The translations under genes and the position numbers were made by a program. A DNA stretch of 64,000 nt from Calditrichaceae bacterium (GTDB lineage: Bacteria; Calditrichota; Calditrichia; Calditrichales; JBFXGD01): positions 32,001 through 96,000 of the forward strand of contig JBFXLE010000004.1 in assembly GCA_050173015.1 (NCBI GenBank), in the 5' to 3' direction. Of the stretch, positions 20,201 to 30,227 are shown piece after piece. The notes under the pieces are model-generated. The model saw only the letters and a program-made list of their open reading frames with translations, had not been told where the DNA came from and did not search any database. Positions within the stretch are counted from its first letter, which is position 1, and each line of letters opens with the position of its first letter.

Positions 20201-20275
20201 GATGCCATCCGAAATAGGGATGAAAGAGCTAACGGACCCGGGAAGGTGGGATGATCAAAATGTCTGAACTCAATT

Positions 20276-20749
20276 ATGACGCCTGTGACCGTTATTAAGC
20301 TTGGCGACAAAGATTCAGATAGATTCCTAAAGGTCATCAGAATCTTTGAACAAGTGTTCGATATGGAGAATTTGGTTCTCCCCGGCGACGTTCATCTCCG
20401 CGATCTTTTAAAGAGTGATCATTTTTTTGTTTTCGCGGCAATGTCCGGTGATAAAGTGATTGGCGGTTTGACGGGGTATATTCTGGAGCAATATTATTCC
20501 GTTAAACCGCTGGCGTATATATTTGATCTTGCCGTTGACGCTGAATACCGGAGACAGGGTGTTGGCGGAAAATTAATGGCGGAAGTCAGGCAATATTTCA
20601 CCAAAAATGGTTTCGAAGAGGTCTTTGTCCAGGCGGATATGATTGATGATGACGCGGTAAATTTTTATCGTTCAACCGGACCGACCAATGAAGAAGATGT
20701 TATTCATTTTTACTACACACTCAATGAAGCCAAAAGACGGGATAAATAA
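20276..20749 (+). CDS. GNAT acetyltransferase, AAC(3)-I-like
   Basis: VIGGLTGYIL, YIFDLAV, RRQGVG, FVQAD..DDDAVNFY, VIHF. Confidence 0.75.
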   Translation: MTPVTVIKLGDKDSDRFLKVIRIFEQVFDMENLVLPGDVHLRDLLKSDHFFVFAAMSGDKVIGGLTGYILEQYYSVKPLAYIFDLAVDAEYRRQGVGGKLMAEVRQYFTKNGFEEVFVQADMIDDDAVNFYRSTGPTNEEDVIHFYYTLNEAKRRDK

Positions 20750-21166
20750 ATGGAGCTAAAAAAACTGGTCAAACTATGGTTTGAAAAATGGGAAGCCGGT
20801 GACTTTCATCGTTTGCCCATATCTGAATCATTCAAACATACCAGCCCTTTCGGGACAATAGACGGGAAACGGGAATACATCCGTCTGGTTGAAGCAAATA
20901 AGGATAAATTTCTGGGTTACCGCTTCCGGATACACGATGAAATCTACGATAACGCGAAGGCCTGTGTACGCTATACCGCTATTCAGGGAGAATTTAAATT
21001 AGATGTTAGTGAATGGTATTATGCCAAAAATGATTTGATCGAATCAATCGTATCCTACTATCACATTGGAGAGATCCGTGATGACCGGAAACTTTCCGGG
21101 GCCGGGGGTGTGATGACCGGAACCGATATTAAAGAAAATTTGCAAGATACAAATTTCATCTTGTAA
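20750..21166 (+). CDS. SnoaL/NTF2-like protein
   Basis: WFEKWEAGD, FKHTSPFGTIDG, IESIVSYY. Confidence 0.75.
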   Translation: MELKKLVKLWFEKWEAGDFHRLPISESFKHTSPFGTIDGKREYIRLVEANKDKFLGYRFRIHDEIYDNAKACVRYTAIQGEFKLDVSEWYYAKNDLIESIVSYYHIGEIRDDRKLSGAGGVMTGTDIKENLQDTNFIL

Positions 21167-21268
21167 CTTATACTAGAATCAGCCGCCCACCGCAACGGCG
21201 TTAAGGCGATATCAATCATAATAATAATAGGATGGCGCGCTCGGGTTTGGAGTTTCAGTAGGGCAAAC

Positions 21269-21332
21269 CACAACCGGGATCATGTCAACCGGATGGGGTA
21301 CACGCCTGCGTTTTTATTTCGAACGTTAACAG
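21269..21332 (+). other. Decayed attC-like site
   Basis: TCAACCGGAT...TTATT-TCGAAC-GTTAACA just upstream of the next RBS. Confidence 0.35.
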
Positions 21333-21351
21333 GATAAGGGAAGAATATAAC

Positions 21352-21933
21352 ATGAAAAAATTTAGCGTATTATGCGTGGTCATATTTTTTGCTATTGCCA
21401 CTGTAATAGCTGCTCCCAGGTCTGATTCGGCAGACGATCTGAAGAAATCCAAAAAGACAAAACCTGGAGCTGAGACCATATTAAAATCCCTTGTTGGTTC
21501 ATGGGAAGGTGTCTGCCGTACCTGGTTTCGTCCCGGAGAACTCGCCGACGAATCCAATGTGAAGGGGGAATTCAAACTCATTCTCAATGGACGCTTTTTG
21601 CGACATACCTACGAAGGAAAAATTCAGGGAAAGCCCCGCCACGGAGAGGAAACGATCGCGTTTAATTCCGTCAGCCAAAAGTTTCAGATATCCTGGTTCG
21701 ACGATTTTCATATGAATTACGGGATCATGTTTTCCGAGGGCGAGGGGAGTGAGACAGGATTTATAGTTGCCGGTAAATATGATGTCGGACAGGATCAATC
21801 GCCCTGGGGCTGGAAAACCGTATTCGAACTAATCGATGATGAGCACCTGACCATTACCGCGTATAATGTGACGCCGGATGGCAGAGAGGCAAAGGCCGTG
21901 GAAACACGGTACACGCGGGAAAATCGCAGATAA
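21352..21933 (+). CDS. DUF1579 family secreted protein
   Basis: Signal peptide; LVGSWEG, SWFDDFHM, WGWKT, ETRYTR. Confidence 0.8.
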   Translation: MKKFSVLCVVIFFAIATVIAAPRSDSADDLKKSKKTKPGAETILKSLVGSWEGVCRTWFRPGELADESNVKGEFKLILNGRFLRHTYEGKIQGKPRHGEETIAFNSVSQKFQISWFDDFHMNYGIMFSEGEGSETGFIVAGKYDVGQDQSPWGWKTVFELIDDEHLTITAYNVTPDGREAKAVETRYTRENRR

Positions 21934-21979
21934 TGATACTTTTGGAAAAAGATCATTCAGATCTCAGAAAGGAATAATC

Positions 21980-22264
21980 ATGGCGAAATTAAAGAAAATC
22001 GGAGTAAAGTTTTCTGCCAAATTGCAGGCTGTTGTAATGGGGATTGCCGGTTTGATTGCCGGAATACTGTACTCATTTGGCGGGCTATTGTACGACCTGA
22101 TTACAACCGGTTCGGTAAATACAGGTACAGCTCTCGCCTTTTTGGCCCTCATTGGCATGCCGCTGCTTTTTTCAGCTTTCGGTGTGATTATCGGTTTGGT
22201 TGAAGCGATAATTTACAACATGTACGCGAGACGCTTTGGGGGAATAGAAACGGATTTTGAATAA
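21980..22264 (+). CDS. Small two-TM membrane protein
   Basis: RBS GAAAGGA then MAKLKKIG; two hydrophobic helices; YN..A..FGGI tail. Confidence 0.65.
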   Translation: MAKLKKIGVKFSAKLQAVVMGIAGLIAGILYSFGGLLYDLITTGSVNTGTALAFLALIGMPLLFSAFGVIIGLVEAIIYNMYARRFGGIETDFE

Positions 22265-22429
22265 CAAACCATCGGTCGGAAATCACGAGTTTTTGGTTGC
22301 GGACCAGATGGAAAACAGCAAAGGGGATGTTGTATTAATATTTTCAGTAAATGAGTGTCCGCGGAAATATCTTTGCTTAATTAAAAGCCAGGCGGGTCCT
22401 GGTTATGAGTATTTTACAAAGGGGGATTC

Positions 22430-22885
22430 ATGAAAATTTTAAATTATACTATCCATATCAACGCGCCAAAAGAAAAAGTTTGGAAAACGATGACCGATTC
22501 AAAAAAATACAAAGAATGGACAAAAGTTTTTTCAGATAATTCATCTTTTGTCGGCGAATGGAAAGAGGGCACCCATATCAAATTTATTGATGCGAATCTG
22601 GGAGGCACCAAAGCCTTTCTGGTAGAAGTAAAACCCTTTGATTATATTCTGGCCAGACATGTAGCCATTATCCGCAAAGACGGAACAGAGGATACGGAAA
22701 GTGATGTCGCGAAAAGCTGGATAGATTTGACAGAAGAATACACATTCAAAGAAAACAAAGGCGAAACAGACCTATCCATTGAAATGAGATCACACGAGGC
22801 TTATGTAAATATGTTTAATGAAAACTGGCCAAAGGCGTTAAAAATTTTAAAGAAAATTTGTGAACAGAGTGAAAAGGAATCCTGA
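22430..22885 (+). CDS. SRPBCC domain protein
   Basis: INAPKEKVW, YKEWT, WPKALKILK. Confidence 0.85.
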   Translation: MKILNYTIHINAPKEKVWKTMTDSKKYKEWTKVFSDNSSFVGEWKEGTHIKFIDANLGGTKAFLVEVKPFDYILARHVAIIRKDGTEDTESDVAKSWIDLTEEYTFKENKGETDLSIEMRSHEAYVNMFNENWPKALKILKKICEQSEKES

Positions 22886-22886
22886 T

Positions 22887-23423
22887 TTGAGCCATGATAC
22901 AGAAAAAGAACAAAGTGTTTCTTTCCCCGAACTGAGTACAGACCGTCTGATTTTAAGACAAGTAAAGGGGGATGATGATAATGAAATATTCCGGCTTCGC
23001 TCAGATGAAAAAGTTAATATGTTTCTTGACAGACCGGGAGCCGAAACCATTGTAGACGCCCAAAAATTTATCCATAAAATTAATGAGGGTATTTCCAAAA
23101 ACGAATGGTTATATTGGGCGATCACTCTAAAGAACAGCAATAAGCTTATCGGTACAATTTGTCTCTGGAATCTTTCCGTAAAGCATTCCAAAGCTGAAAT
23201 TGGTTTTGAACTATTGCCGGAATATCAAGGGTTGGGAATAATGCGCGAAGCGTTGGCGAAAATTATTGAATATGGCTTTGAAAACAAAAGTCTTCATTTG
23301 ATTGAAGGCGAGGTTGATCCGGAAAATAAAAAATCCGTAAAATTATTAAAAAAATTCGGTTTTGTTTATACACGAAAGTCAAAAAATACAGTTATATATT
23401 CTCTGTTTAGCCGTGATGAATAA
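22887..23423 (+). CDS. RimJ/RimL GNAT acetyltransferase
   Basis: TDRLILR, AEIGFEL, QGLGIMREA, N..S..LL...GF; probable TTG start at 22887. Confidence 0.85.
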   Translation: MSHDTEKEQSVSFPELSTDRLILRQVKGDDDNEIFRLRSDEKVNMFLDRPGAETIVDAQKFIHKINEGISKNEWLYWAITLKNSNKLIGTICLWNLSVKHSKAEIGFELLPEYQGLGIMREALAKIIEYGFENKSLHLIEGEVDPENKKSVKLLKKFGFVYTRKSKNTVIYSLFSRDE

Positions 23424-23434
23424 CTGGAGGAAAA

Positions 23435-24283
23435 ATGTCAAGAGCGTCCGGGATAGTATCTTTTATCTGCTTTCTTTTGGTAACGAATATTTACTCTCAG
23501 GAAATCTCTTATAACGAATACACTTACGCGGAGAAAAACGGTATCCGATTAAATGCATACGTTTTCGCCACCGATGAGGTGAAAGCAAAAGAAGAGAATC
23601 CGGTGATTGTAATATTTCACGGAGGCGGCTGGACCATGGGAGAGCCTTCCTGGGCTTTTGGACGGGCAAAACATTTCGCTAAGATCGGATTTGTAGCTAT
23701 TGCCGCGCACTACAGACTGTCAGATAAGAAGAATATCACACCGCTTGACGCGATGGATGACGCGCGTGATATAATCAAATGGATTAGAAAAAATAAAAAA
23801 ACGTTGAAAATTGATCCGCATAAATTAGTAGGATATGGATGGTCGGCAGGGGCGCATTTAGTGACCTCGGCGGCAATTTTTGGTGAACCGGATTTGCGGG
23901 TGAATTCAATCCCTGATGCGCTTATTTTAGTTTCACCCGCCGTATCTCTGGAAGAGGATGCCTGGTTTAATACGCTGTTAAAAGACAAAATTGAAGCAAG
24001 AACCGTATCACCGGATGAAAATGTAAGAAAAGGTCTGCCGCCGACGTTGATTCTTCAGGGCAGAGATGATACGGTTACTCCCTTGTCAGGCGCGCAAAAA
24101 TTTACAAATCGAATGAAAAAAGACGGAAACGATTGTGAGTTAATCATTTATGATAAAGTCGGGCACCTGTTTACTCCGGCTGGAGAACCTGATAACGGAT
24201 ATCCGAATCCGGACCCCGAAATCCAACAGGCTGCCTATGAAAAAGCCGATAAATTTTTAAGGAAATTGGGATATATAAAATAG
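23435..24283 (+). CDS. Secreted alpha/beta hydrolase (esterase)
   Basis: HGGGW, GWSAG nucleophile, D(TVTP) and GH; signal peptide. Confidence 0.9.
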   Translation: MSRASGIVSFICFLLVTNIYSQEISYNEYTYAEKNGIRLNAYVFATDEVKAKEENPVIVIFHGGGWTMGEPSWAFGRAKHFAKIGFVAIAAHYRLSDKKNITPLDAMDDARDIIKWIRKNKKTLKIDPHKLVGYGWSAGAHLVTSAAIFGEPDLRVNSIPDALILVSPAVSLEEDAWFNTLLKDKIEARTVSPDENVRKGLPPTLILQGRDDTVTPLSGAQKFTNRMKKDGNDCELIIYDKVGHLFTPAGEPDNGYPNPDPEIQQAAYEKADKFLRKLGYIK

Positions 24284-24868
24284 ATTTCGCCTTCCGACGG
24301 CACAGGGAAAAAAATTATAGCTGACACTCCGTTTATCGCCAGACCGTTTCACGCCCCGGCATAGTTGTATCATCAAATATTTGAATAATAGTGGGGATAT
24401 ATGAAGGATTCCTGGGAAACAGGTGATTTTTGCATAATATAGATTAAACAAAAAAACAGCAAACCTGTTAAAAATTGTTATATGGTTCCGGTCTTTTAAG
24501 AAATATTTATCGACTTGTGACAGACCAAAATCAATGGCCACTATTACCACTGTATTCAATAACCGGCTAAATAATTTGTATGGCTGATTCCTGAGTCTTA
24601 ACAATAGAAAAACTACCGCAATTTCGTCTTTTTCTGCCATCATCAATCAGATTGAATCGCGATAAAACGATTGGAATTAGCTAACTATCTAAAAATATCT
24701 TTTTTGTTGCCTGTTTTACAGAATTACTATAAATTGAATTTCAAATATACTCTCACACAATCTGTTACGGGATGGATATCCCTGAGCGCCAGGCTCCGGT
24801 ATTCTTTCGATATATAGATTAAATCTGTTTGGGATGATCTGCCAAAACATAAAAATCATGGAGAAAAA

Positions 24869-26053
24869 ATGAGGACTGTAGCGGTATTTTTATTGCTATT
24901 TTACACCGTTTTGTTTGCCGGTGATGATGACAGGGTTGATATCAGCGCCCAACAAATTTTTTATCCTCAGGGTTTTACGCTCCCATCGTATCATAGTATC
25001 GGATTTTCAGATGGTAATTCATCCATCGTCTCAGAAATGATCAGCGCCAATCCCGCGACAATTACAAAGTTTAACAACGTTCAATTCGGCATGGAGTACG
25101 AATACGCCTCGGAAATTGATAACGCGATTTATTCGGATGTTGGGCATTCAAGAAATTATCAATGGGTGCCGGTATCATTTGGATCACATTTTGAAACCAA
25201 AGGTTTCCATTTTGGTTTGGGATTTTATCAAAAATATTCATCCAGTTTAGATTTTGAGCCAATACCGATAACATCGGTAAACGATCCGGATGGTGGTGAT
25301 GGATTGACCGTGACCCCGGAAATGGAGTCTTCCATTTTTACTTTTGGGGGTGTCACGGCATACAGTTTTCAAAATTTAATTGCGCAGAATGACGCTTTAT
25401 CCGTTGGTATTCAATTGAATGTTGATTATTTATATTCGAGCGAGGAAGTGCTGAGCGCCGAAGCGACGAGAACCGGATCGGATATTACATGGAAACTGGG
25501 GTTAAATTATGAGGTGTCAGATCTTTTTAGTCTCGGATACATTTACGAATCCGGCATGGATATGAGCGGCACTTACGAGATCGAGAATTTATACGTTAGC
25601 AATGATTTAGAAACACGATATAATCAAAGTAGTCAGATTTCAAATGACTTTACGGCAAAACTTCCATCCAGATCGATCATCGGCCTCTCAATTTACCCGA
25701 CAAACCAGATGGCAATCGCGGGTACAATCACACAAGTTCTTTGGGATGATGTAAACGAACTTGTGGATAATAACTATGAATTTTCTTTGCACACGATTTA
25801 CGGGATCAGAAACAATATGGCGCTGACCCTGGGCATTTACAGGAATGAAATGACCATGAAAGAGGATTACCCTGTAGAATTTGACCGGGAGAAGGATTAT
25901 ACCTTTCTGAACGCGGGAATCAAGTATCGGCTCAGGAGATTGGATTTTCAATTTGAAATTTATGACAGTCATTGGGAATCTTTGTCTTCGATGGAGAGAA
26001 CCATTTATAAATTTGGTATTGGCTACATGTTTGGGGCTGATAAGTTCATGTAA
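24869..26053 (+). CDS. Outer-membrane beta-barrel (FadL/OmpP1-like)
   Basis: Signal peptide, NPA motif, amphipathic strands, terminal FGIGYMF. Confidence 0.65.
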   Translation: MRTVAVFLLLFYTVLFAGDDDRVDISAQQIFYPQGFTLPSYHSIGFSDGNSSIVSEMISANPATITKFNNVQFGMEYEYASEIDNAIYSDVGHSRNYQWVPVSFGSHFETKGFHFGLGFYQKYSSSLDFEPIPITSVNDPDGGDGLTVTPEMESSIFTFGGVTAYSFQNLIAQNDALSVGIQLNVDYLYSSEEVLSAEATRTGSDITWKLGLNYEVSDLFSLGYIYESGMDMSGTYEIENLYVSNDLETRYNQSSQISNDFTAKLPSRSIIGLSIYPTNQMAIAGTITQVLWDDVNELVDNNYEFSLHTIYGIRNNMALTLGIYRNEMTMKEDYPVEFDREKDYTFLNAGIKYRLRRLDFQFEIYDSHWESLSSMERTIYKFGIGYMFGADKFM

Positions 26054-26468
26054 TCCCATTCTACTCATTGTACTGCAAATATTACATCTCAGAACCGGTA
26101 AATTTCTGGAGGAGATGGAAAAAGACACATTAATTTATCAGGAGAGTTTTTCTACACCGCTGAGCGAAAATTATGACCGCTATTTCGGCTTCCGCCTAAC
26201 CGGATATTATTATGATGAGCCTCTCTCCCTGCGGGAAATAAATGAAAATTTAAATTTAGAAGGATTCTTTTATTTTTACGCGAATACCATCCAATTATAT
26301 TAAAGAAAACGTCTCATACCTATCGTTTGAAATGTATAAAAAAGAAGATGCATTTTGATGATATATTTGATATTATTAACAGTCGGTTGTATTGAATATT
26401 AAAAGACAAATCATCATGTCTCCCGGACAATCGGGAATGCTCTAAAAAATTTATTCCGGAGTCTTTTA

Positions 26469-27161
26469 ATGGAAAAGCAAAAATCATCAAAAATCGTTCG
26501 CGGCCTGTTGTTTGTTTTTTTTCTTTTGACCGTATTATTTACACTTTTCAGCGGAATTGGCACCTACTGCGCCGCTTTTGATACGGAAAAGTATCCGAGT
26601 ATGCTGGCGCTCCTGCCGTATCAATGGTTGTATCAGATTCTCTTTTTTGTCAGTATCGCCGTCGGTGTATGGGGATTATGGGAAATCATATCCTTTATTC
26701 GTAAAAAATCGAATGTGTACCGCAACGCCATCATCATTTTGAGCATCGGGCTGACCGCGGCGGCCATACAAATGATTACATCTGAAATCGCGCGAGGTAA
26801 TTCCATACCGGTCAATTTCCGTGTCTATTTCACTTTATTCACCCTGCTGCTTTTTTTACTGGTGCGTTATACTTCTCTTTGGCAAAAGAGCGGATTCTCC
26901 CTGAACAATAATTCCGGCGGACCGGGGATGACCGCCCTGTCATCAGCCTTGCTGATTGGCGGATTGGGACTGTTAACCATGCATATCTGGGTCGGGAATA
27001 GTCATTTCGCGTCGGATGGCTACAATTGGGTCAATGATTTAAGAATGCCTTTGAATCTATCCGGATGGGGAATGATCTTCTCGGGGGCGGTTTTACTCTT
27101 GAATTCCGTCAGAAAAAAAATGAAAGCATCAAAGGAATCCATTATCGTCACAGGCCGGTGA
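26469..27161 (+). CDS. Hypothetical multi-TM membrane protein
   Basis: About six hydrophobic segments; RBS GGAG. Confidence 0.7.
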   Translation: MEKQKSSKIVRGLLFVFFLLTVLFTLFSGIGTYCAAFDTEKYPSMLALLPYQWLYQILFFVSIAVGVWGLWEIISFIRKKSNVYRNAIIILSIGLTAAAIQMITSEIARGNSIPVNFRVYFTLFTLLLFLLVRYTSLWQKSGFSLNNNSGGPGMTALSSALLIGGLGLLTMHIWVGNSHFASDGYNWVNDLRMPLNLSGWGMIFSGAVLLLNSVRKKMKASKESIIVTGR

Positions 27162-27174
27162 CCCAAAAAAGATA

Positions 27175-27212
27175 AAAAGCTTGTGAAGCAATTGTTTCAC
27201 AAGCTTTTCTTT
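27175..27212 (+). terminator. Intrinsic terminator
   Basis: AAAAGCTTGTGAA / TTCACAAGCTTTT stem followed by T-rich sequence. Confidence 0.75.
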
Positions 27213-27366
27213 ATGTTTTATCCGGGTCGTTTTTCGTTCCCGATGACCTCCGGGTTCTTCCGGGTATTCCACCCTTCCATAGCAACCATCTGACCACATT
27301 AAAGATTCTCTCCTTATTATGCCATTTTGTTTTATTTAAATTTGTTGTATAATTGAAATCGAACTT

Positions 27367-28740
27367 ATGTTTGGAAACCAGGAAATGAAAAAAACAAATT
27401 TAATCCCTCCCGGCTCCTTTACGGCCAAATACAATCTGGTGATTGTTATGTTTATCATCGCGATTTTACTCTCGCTGATATTTTACATGATTCCGCTGGG
27501 TGTGTTTAGTAAGATGAATGAGCCTGTTGTTATATATTTCGCGGACAATATTACTCCGGCGCATGAGAAAATAATCGATCAATTTAACAAAAAATATTCA
27601 GACAGGGTAAAAGTAATCCCAATTGATATCCCTTTTAGTAAATTTTCAACGAATGAACGCAAAGAATTGATCGCCAGAACACTGCGAAACAGTAACAATA
27701 GAATCGATATATTTACCGTAGATCAAATCTGGGTGTCGCGTTTTGCAAAATGGGCAAAACCATTATCACTCTATTTTTCCAGGAAAGAGATTGAGCCCAT
27801 TATACCGGTGGCTCTAAAGACCTGTTATGATGACCGCGTTCTGGTCAGTATTCCTCTGCATATTGATATTGGAGTGATGTATTACCGTAAAGATCTACTG
27901 AAAAATTTCGATAATCCGCCGGAAGCGGAACGAAGTCTGCAAAACTCGATTACCTGGAATAAATTCATTGGCCTTAAACGGCATCTAAAAACTTCCAATC
28001 CCTTTTATGTTTTTCAGGGCGAAAATTATGAAGGGCTTGTGCTGCAATTTATGGAAATCAGCGGTTCGGGTCTTGGTAAATTTATAACCGGGGATTCTAT
28101 AAGACTGCAACAGCCGGAGCTTGTTCAGAGCTGTTCACTGCTCGTCGGACTGGTTAATCAATACAAGCTTTCGCCTCCCGAAGTGACATCATTCAATGAA
28201 AATTTAAGCTATGAGTACGCGTTTAAAAATGATGCCGTTTTTTTTCGCGGCTGGCCCGGTTTATTGCGCGAGGCATCCAATTTCCCGGGAGGCAAAGAAA
28301 AGGCGCTGCTTCTCGGTGTAGCGTCCTTGCCGCGGCTGGATGGAAATAATCCGGTTTCGGCGCTTGGCGGATGGAATATGATGATTTCAGAAAATTCAGG
28401 TAAAGTCGATGAAGCGGTGTTGTTCCTGAAATATATATTATCGGATGAAGCCCAGAAGATTCTTTACGAAACGGCCGGATTTTTGCCTGTTCTCAAAAGC
28501 GTGTACGATGATACCACGATTACAAATGATAATGTTCATCTCTCGTATTTTAGAAAACTGATTGACCGGGGAATTTATCGTCCCGCTCATCCCGAATACA
28601 CCAAATTATCAAATATTTTATCCGGATATCTTTACCGGGCTGTCAATAACGAGTTGAGCCCGGAAGAAGCGTTACGATTAGCCGAAATGGATATTAACGC
28701 TCAAATTTCGTTTGATAAAAATAAAGTTTACAATTTTTAG
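27367..28740 (+). CDS. Membrane-anchored sugar-binding protein (ABC SBP fold, orphan)
   Basis: DQIWVSRFA, MYYRKDLL, YEGL, FFRGWP, LGGWN; no ABC permease nearby. Confidence 0.85.
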   Translation: MFGNQEMKKTNLIPPGSFTAKYNLVIVMFIIAILLSLIFYMIPLGVFSKMNEPVVIYFADNITPAHEKIIDQFNKKYSDRVKVIPIDIPFSKFSTNERKELIARTLRNSNNRIDIFTVDQIWVSRFAKWAKPLSLYFSRKEIEPIIPVALKTCYDDRVLVSIPLHIDIGVMYYRKDLLKNFDNPPEAERSLQNSITWNKFIGLKRHLKTSNPFYVFQGENYEGLVLQFMEISGSGLGKFITGDSIRLQQPELVQSCSLLVGLVNQYKLSPPEVTSFNENLSYEYAFKNDAVFFRGWPGLLREASNFPGGKEKALLLGVASLPRLDGNNPVSALGGWNMMISENSGKVDEAVLFLKYILSDEAQKILYETAGFLPVLKSVYDDTTITNDNVHLSYFRKLIDRGIYRPAHPEYTKLSNILSGYLYRAVNNELSPEEALRLAEMDINAQISFDKNKVYNF

Positions 28741-28751
28741 GGATCTGAATA

Positions 28752-30215
28752 ATGAAAATATTTAATAAATTCACCAATTACCATTTTCAGGTAAGGCATT
28801 TGATCATCCTGTTCGCGATTCTCTTATTATTTCAGACCCTGCTATCATATATCAATACGACTTTTGCCAATAATTTGATCACCAAAACAATGGATCTATA
28901 TCGGAGAGATTCCGCGGAAAATTTCGCTGATGTCACGGCAATGTCCCTTGAATTATTATTGGAGCATGAATTAAGCGTAAGTCATTCACGGGAAAGCCGG
29001 AAAGTGACCGTTCGGGAGTTTAATATCATATTATACCAACAAACCCTCAAGGAAAATGTAAGCAATCTGTGTTTGATTCTCAGCAAAGATGACAAAATTT
29101 ACGCGATTGACGACGGTAATACCCTTTATAACTTTTTCTTTGAAAAAGAGTTTACCGCATCCGTGGATAACGAGAAATATCAGAATGACGTAAATTATTA
29201 TGCGGAGCACAAGGAAGAGTTCTTTAAAAACGAAAAGATTGTAAGTTTCCTCGATGATCAGCAACAGTTTAATGTATTTGTACCCTTTGGTCCGTTGGGA
29301 GAATTTACCGGCGCGGTCTTTATGAAAATTTCACCGGATTTCAGTAATATCACAACCGAAATCAGCTCGGTTTCGGGGGAGGCCGGAGCGATTTTCTCGG
29401 CTTTGATTCTTCTGACCTTACTGGCGAATTTTTATATGAGCTCGTATATGCTCAATGAACGAGACACCGCTCAGCAGCTCCTTTTTAATGAGCGCCAGGT
29501 TCAGATCAAACGACAGATTGAACACGAAAAGGAAGCCTTGTTTACAAAACGAATTTATCACGCGCATCATAAAGCCGAGAAAATAATGGGCTTTATCAAA
29601 ATGGATATTCGATCGCTTAACGCGAATAATATTAAAAGTTTACAGGAAAAAATAATTAAATACGCAAATTTTGTTTCCCGGGTAATTTATGATATGAAAT
29701 CCTATGAACCGCCCATAAATGTGATCCGGAATCCCGCCTTTCAGACCAATCTCAATGAGGTGGTGCGATTTATTGTGCGGAATATATTTCTCCGGTCCTA
29801 TCGCCTGGGAGCGGAGCCGAAATTTGATCTCGCGCTGGAAGAAAATTTGCCGAACATTCCTTTCAACGAATATGTGGTTTGGGAAATTATTGAACCATTG
29901 ATCCAGAATGGTATCGAACATAGTTCCCGTGATGATATTACCATCAGAATTGAATCATCTCTGAAGGCCCCCGAAAATCAGATCTTTTTGACCATATCTG
30001 ATAACGGCAAGGGAATTGATCCTGAAATGCTTGTGGATGACGGGAACGGCATAAAACGGATATTTTTAGAAAATACCACATCAAAAATGGGGCAGAATTC
30101 CGGTTACGGATGTTACCTGGCCTATGAAATAAGCCGGAAATGGTGCGGTTGGGCGCTTGACGCAAAGAATTCTGAAACGGGCGGCGCCGTGTTTACAATA
30201 AAAATCACCGTTTGA
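28752..30215 (+). CDS. Sensor histidine kinase with atypical H-box
   Basis: Two TMs around a periplasmic domain; YHAHHKAEK; N box LIQNGIEH, DNGKG, GYGCY, GGAVF. Confidence 0.85.
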   Translation: MKIFNKFTNYHFQVRHLIILFAILLLFQTLLSYINTTFANNLITKTMDLYRRDSAENFADVTAMSLELLLEHELSVSHSRESRKVTVREFNIILYQQTLKENVSNLCLILSKDDKIYAIDDGNTLYNFFFEKEFTASVDNEKYQNDVNYYAEHKEEFFKNEKIVSFLDDQQQFNVFVPFGPLGEFTGAVFMKISPDFSNITTEISSVSGEAGAIFSALILLTLLANFYMSSYMLNERDTAQQLLFNERQVQIKRQIEHEKEALFTKRIYHAHHKAEKIMGFIKMDIRSLNANNIKSLQEKIIKYANFVSRVIYDMKSYEPPINVIRNPAFQTNLNEVVRFIVRNIFLRSYRLGAEPKFDLALEENLPNIPFNEYVVWEIIEPLIQNGIEHSSRDDITIRIESSLKAPENQIFLTISDNGKGIDPEMLVDDGNGIKRIFLENTTSKMGQNSGYGCYLAYEISRKWCGWALDAKNSETGGAVFTIKITV

Positions 30216-30227
30216 CAGGAGACCAAA

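Noticed and set aside
25953-26303. 116-aa ORF overlapping the beta-barrel gene
   Set aside because: The N-terminal half overlaps a real gene; at most a ~62-aa ORF from 26115 with no recognisable motif
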